Assembly (NCBI GenBank): GCA_964106645.2
Contig: OZ067052.1
DNA from: Podarcis pityusensis
Taxonomy: Eukaryota
Length of the DNA stretch: 64,000 bases
Strand: one strand, 5' to 3'
The first letter of the stretch is position 1. The number at the start of each line of letters is the position of its first letter. Made by a program: the position numbers and the translations under genes. The notes under the pieces were generated by a model, which ran no database searches, had not been told where the DNA came from, and saw nothing but the letters and a program-made list of their open reading frames with translations. This document shows positions 59,271 to 64,000 of this stretch, in pieces.

Positions 59271-61059
59271 CCTTAGAGGCAGACCTCCCCAGGGTTTGAA
59301 CCTAGGACCTCTTGCATGCAGACCTTTTGCTCCACCACTGGGCTACAATTCTTCCCCAAATCCTTCCCCATTAAGAGCACACAAGTTCTCCATCCCTGGA
59401 AAGTTTGTGGAACTCTACACCGATTGGCAGCATATCTCCAAGGTTTCAGACAATGGCTTTTTCCAGACCTCCCTGGAGATGGCATTGGGGATTGAACCTG
59501 GGAACATCTGCATGCAAAGCAGAGGTTCTACCACTGAGATGTGCCTCTTGGAAAATGCTCTCGATTTTGCAGCTCTCATTGGTGCCCCTCTCCCTCTCTC
59601 CTTAATGCATGCATGTAATACCGTATGCTTCTATCTCTGGTCTGCTTCCTCCTTCTCCCACCCTCCTTCCAGGCACGTGGATGCTGCTTGGCAAACCACT
59701 AGCTGAGTTGGGCTGCTAAATAAAGCTGACAAGCTCTCTACTCGAGCACTAAGTAGGTCTGAAAGACACCGTGTGCCACTCACTCAGCTCCTAGCTATGA
59801 ATTGAAACCTTATTTCCCAGTCTCTGCATTCCCCCAACATAGTCCAGGGCTTTCATAGAATCATAGAATTGGAGGGTAGGTTGTAGTGTTTCTACATGAG
59901 TATACATTTTTTTGAAAAAAAGTTTACATGGTGATTACATTACTGCATTTTATCATGAATTTCTCAACTTTGTATGCAATTTTTGCATGTTCTTTTCACC
60001 AATACTGTATATGCATTTATATGCTCACATTACCCTTGTATTTGGATTTATGTGCAAACTACTTGCTTGGAGAACTGCATTGCAAAATTCAGAGAAGTGT
60101 GAATATCAAATAATGGCTGTGTTTTGGTTCACGTGTTGTTTTGGAAAGGGCAAGTTAAGTAGGCTTGCTTTTACATGCAAACTGAATTGCATTTCTCCCT
60201 CATTCTTGCACACACCTAGAAAAGTCACCATTTTTAACTGTGAAAGAACCATAGAGTTGGAAGGCACCTAGATGATACTGAAAATCTGCTGCTACAGCAT
60301 CCCTGATAGGTTGGAAGATAGGTTTGGCTGTTTAATGGAACAGTGCTTCTTCCCTTCCAGATAAAGCTTTTCTATTTACAGCTCAAGTCCTGAGTTCCAG
60401 CAACTGATGGCCCTCAGCGAGCTTCAGCTGGAGAGAACATTCTCCAGGTTCTCCCTTTGCCTTTGCCCTCAGCCTCACCCTGATGCTTGCCTCATTGTGC
60501 CTATTTCAGGCAGAGCACAATGAGGCTCTTGCTCTCTTCTGGCAAATCAAAGAGTAGGGATTTTATTTTGGTGGGTATGTGTGGTTCGCAACATGCCTAG
60601 CAATGAAAGATCAAGAGCTTTCAGACTGATTGTATTACCCAAAAGCACAGCTGAGCCTCTGCCTTAAAAGATAATGGATGTACTTCCAAGTGTCTTTTCT
60701 TCCCCACCCGCCCCAGCCACATATGCACATGGAGGCTTTTTGCTTTGCTTTTTGGGGGGTTGGCAAAAGGAAGTTGGAGAAGGAGACTGGGAAATGGACA
60801 GGGAAAGAAGCCCACATGGCAAAAGGGTGTACCTTAGGACCAGAGGCTCATTCAAACATGACTCTCCCTCTCTCTCTGCATTTGAGTAATTTTCCACTGG
60901 AGCATCTGTCACTCTCAAACATCTTCACATTGCAGCAAGGCATTTAAGTGGTGCCCAGCAAACCCCATCTGTCGCTGACACCTCCCCTCCACACACACAC
61001 ATTTCCCCACCATCCTGATAGTGTTCCCGCATCCAGGGCTCAGCAGAGAAGAGTCCCTG

Positions 61060-61510
61060 GCAAAAGCCTGCGAGCCAAACAACAGGACAAATTAAATCAA
61101 AGCATTGCTCCGGCGCCTGGAGCGGGGGAAATGCACATCAGCTTTGACTTATTGCATGGCACAGGCTTACAAGAGAGGAGCAGCGGCTTTTGTCACTGCG
61201 AGGGGGCCATGAAAAATGAATTAGGGCTGCTGCTGCGAGAGGGCAGGGAAGGGAATCTTTCATTCCAGCAATGCTGTCCTCTCTCACCTTGCGAGTGGGG
61301 TGGGGAACTGAGCAAGTACAAGAACTCCTCGTTGGGAGAGAAGACTCTAATCGCCGCGATGCTCCTGCATCCCTGCAGCGCGGGGCAAGAGAAGGAAGTG
61401 TTTAAGCATGCTTGGAGAGGCATGCAAGGAGAGCTCCGAGCAGGGAACTAGACCGAGGAGAGGCTTTTGGAAGTAAATTAAGCGGAGCAACCAATGAAAG
61501 AGAAGCAATT
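61060..61510. promoter_or_regulatory. Candidate CpG-retaining regulatory block
   Basis: Non-repeat and CpG-enriched relative to the window. Contains ATCAAAG (TCF-type), a CTCF-like CTGCGAGGGGGCCA at 61196-61209, and homeodomain cores. Confidence 0.3.
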
Positions 61511-61829
61511 TGCAAGGGGGGGTTGTTTGTGAGTGTGTGTTTGCCAGATGCTGAGCCATACTTACCCAAATCTGTAAGGGAGTAGAGCTTTTGGTGTTAG
61601 ATTTAAACTGGATGCAAGCAGAGGAGAGGCACAATGGAAGTGTGTGTGTGAGGGATACACCCATGTGCTAGAAGCACGCAGATTGCACATTTCGCTCCAG
61701 GGGAAGAATGTGCACTACCTCTCTCTTGAATTGCTCAGAAGCCTTTGCCTTTCCACTGACTGCCATTGCGTGCTCAGGACTCTTACCTGAAAGAAACAGA
61801 AAACTATTTTTATAATGCACAACTGCAAC

Positions 61830-62255
61830 CTTATTATTATTTATTCAATTTATATATCTAAAGATCCCAGGGCAGTATACAACATTAAGAACATAATTTA
61901 TTCAGCATAATAAAAAATATAATACACAGCATAATAATAAAATTAGCATAATAACAGCCCCCCCTTAACAGGCCATATATTACTTTTGGTTGAAGGGCTT
62001 GGGTAAAGCACCTGGCACCTAAATTATGTAATGATGGCACAAGGTGAGCTTCTTTAGAGAGAGCATTCCACAGACAGAGAGCCACCACAGAAAATGCCCA
62101 TTCTTGTGTTGTAACCCCCTGAAACTCTCAGGGATGGAGGGACATAGAGATGGGTCTCAGATGACAAGTGCAGGGTCCGGGTTCATTTGTAAGGGGAGAA
62201 GCAGTCCTTAAGGTATTGAGGTCCTGAGCTGTGTAACACTTTATAGGTCAACATC
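61830..62255 (-). mobile_element. L2 LINE 3' fragment
   Basis: The minus strand reads ...AFSVVALCLWNALSKEAHLVPSL, and upstream YKVL.SSGPQYLKD. Confidence 0.75.
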
Positions 62256-62343
62256 TTGTCACACATAGTATACATCTGGATCAGCCGTGATGGGATTAAT
62301 TGCCCACCATATTTTCCAGTCAAAAGCAGGGGATAAGCAATAT

Positions 62344-62711
62344 AAGGTAAAGGTAAAGGTACCCCTGCCCGTACGGGCCAGTCGTGACCGACTCTGGGGT
62401 TGCATACTCATCTCGCTTAAGAGGCCGGGAGCCAGCGCTGTCCGAAGACACTTCCGGGTCATGTGGCCAGCGTGACGAAGCTGCTCTGGCGAGCCAGCAC
62501 CAGCGCAGCGCATGGAAACGTCGTTTACCTTCCCGCTATAAAGCGGTACCTATTTATCTACTTGCACTTAGGGGTGCTTTCGAACTGCTAGGTGGGCAGG
62601 AGCTGGGACCGAACGACGGGAGCTCACCCCGCCGCAGGGATTTGAACCGCCGACCATACGATCGGCAAGTCCTAGGCACTGAGGTTTTACCCACAGCGCC
62701 ACCCGCGTCCC
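62344..62711 (-). mobile_element. Full-length young Sauria SINE (POM-type)
   Basis: The minus strand starts GGGACGCGGGTGGCGCTGTGGGTAAAACC with a GGTTCAAATCC B box and ends in (ACCTTT)n. CpGs are largely intact. Confidence 0.95.
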
Positions 62712-63612
62712 TTTTAATTTTAAGTATCCTTGCTACTATGGAACACGCTGGGGTAATAATTATACATTATTTACATAATGGCTGCAAGTGGCTGGCGTAA
62801 AGGGAGGCTGCTGGGTTTGCTTTTTTAGTTGGTTTAGTTTTTGGTGAGACGTGCTGGCTTGGCCGTCCCTGGAGATGGGCATCCTCTGGGCTGCTTCACA
62901 GGAGTGTGTCCATCCCTTGATGACAGTGTGGCTCAGTGGACCATCTTCCCACTTCAGAGCACTTAGATGTCCCTTTGAACCTGATGCTTGCTCAGTGTAG
63001 TCAGTTGACACATTCAGCTGCCGGTCATCAAGTGACGGCAAATACCTGTGCGCACCAGGCTTGTGGAGTGTCAAATCGCCGGGACAAATCTGACCTTGCA
63101 ACTTCGAATGGTCACCACATGCAGTGGCCTTTAGCAATAAGATCACATGCAGCCAAGGTACAGAAAGGCAGGTTCCCCCTTAATTTCGACCACTTGAAGC
63201 AATATAATGTGGGATAATTAAGCTATGGAATTATGCCTTCAGGAAGCAGTGATGGCCACCAACCTACAGCAGATGGCTTTAAAAGAGGATTAGACAAATC
63301 ATGGAGGAGAAGACGATTGGTGTATACTAGCCATAATGGATGAGCTCTGCCTCCATAGTTGGAGGAAGTAACACTTGTGAAGGGGAGGGATGCTGGACTA
63401 GATGGGCCATTGGCCTGATCCAACAGGCTTAGCTTTTTAACATAAATAAATAGCAAAGTGATGTGGAAATGTAGAGAATTGAAGTTAACGCTGGAAAAAC
63501 AAGAAGCCAAAATGAGCACGTTCTCCTATCCCTAGCCATGAATACCCTACACCTGACTACTGTGTGAACAGCGTACATGGATCTCAGGATCTAGCTGTTC
63601 CTTGTGTAGAAT

Positions 63613-63633
63613 GTGGGTTTCCTTGGTGCTGAA
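63613..63633 (-). promoter_or_regulatory. Degenerate RE1-like site
   Basis: The minus strand reads TTCAGCACCAAGGAAACCCAC. The left half is perfect with correct spacing, and the right half is GGAAAC instead of GGACAG. Confidence 0.35.
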
Positions 63634-64000
63634 TTTCCATTTAAATTGTGTAGCATAGAGCAGGCTCAGCCCTGGTTTAACCTTGATCATAAAGGCAAAA
63701 TCCATCCAGGGAACATCCCCAAGAGGTCGGTCTCAAAGCGCAAGCGAACCCTTTGCAAAGTCAGTGCCTGTCTCGTCCGATAAAAGTTCATGTCCTTCCA
63801 GGCTTCACCGGCTAACAAACCCGGGGAGTTATATGGGAGATTAAGCAGCTGCTGTCATTCTCTGCCTGAGCCCAATGAAGATTGTGTGGTGCCATTGAAC
63901 TCTGTATTGTGACTTCCATAGGGAACATTATCTCTTCCTGGTACTGGCTGCAGAATATCGGTAGGGCCAGAAATTGACTTGCTGCCATGCCTCCCTCCCA

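Noticed and set aside
62384-62800. 138-aa ORF
   Set aside because: Antisense reading of a GC-rich Sauria SINE.
1-64000. CRISPR arrays, rRNA, operons or other prokaryote-type systems, and further NTM exons
   Set aside because: No regularly spaced repeat-spacer arrays or rRNA-like sequence, and the DNA is clearly vertebrate intronic. Neighbouring NTM exons were not recognised, though a small exon in the N gap or a micro-exon cannot be excluded by eye.

Overview
This is vertebrate (squamate, most likely lacertid lizard) genomic DNA, judged from Sauria/Squam SINEs, CR1/L2/L1 remnants and lizard-type MITEs. The only host coding sequence I can support is one 126-bp internal exon (26774-26899, + strand) encoding the first half of Ig domain 2 of the IgLON adhesion molecule neurotrimin (NTM/CEPU-1). 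The ORF track misses it. The rest of the window is therefore most plausibly the two large flanking NTM introns. These carry many transposon remnants, microsatellites, a 156-N gap, several repeat-free enhancer-like blocks and a near-perfect REST/RE1 silencer (4686-4706). The most striking structure is a young Penelope-like retroelement insertion (40683-41836). It has a 13-bp TSD, an uninterrupted GIY-YIG endonuclease frame and 347-bp inverted pseudo-LTRs with only two mismatches seen. Each arm holds a TATA-Inr module followed directly by a minimal hammerhead ribozyme, and the two modules face outward in opposite directions. Each part is known from PLE biology. The combined effect inside a neuronal pre-mRNA (long dsRNA, antisense-masked ribozyme, divergent promoters) is inference and needs testing. 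I found no evidence for a wholly new protein-coding system, and nearly all listed ORFs are spurious or transposon-derived. Repeat family names and comparisons to known proteins come from my recall of consensus sequences, not from database searches.
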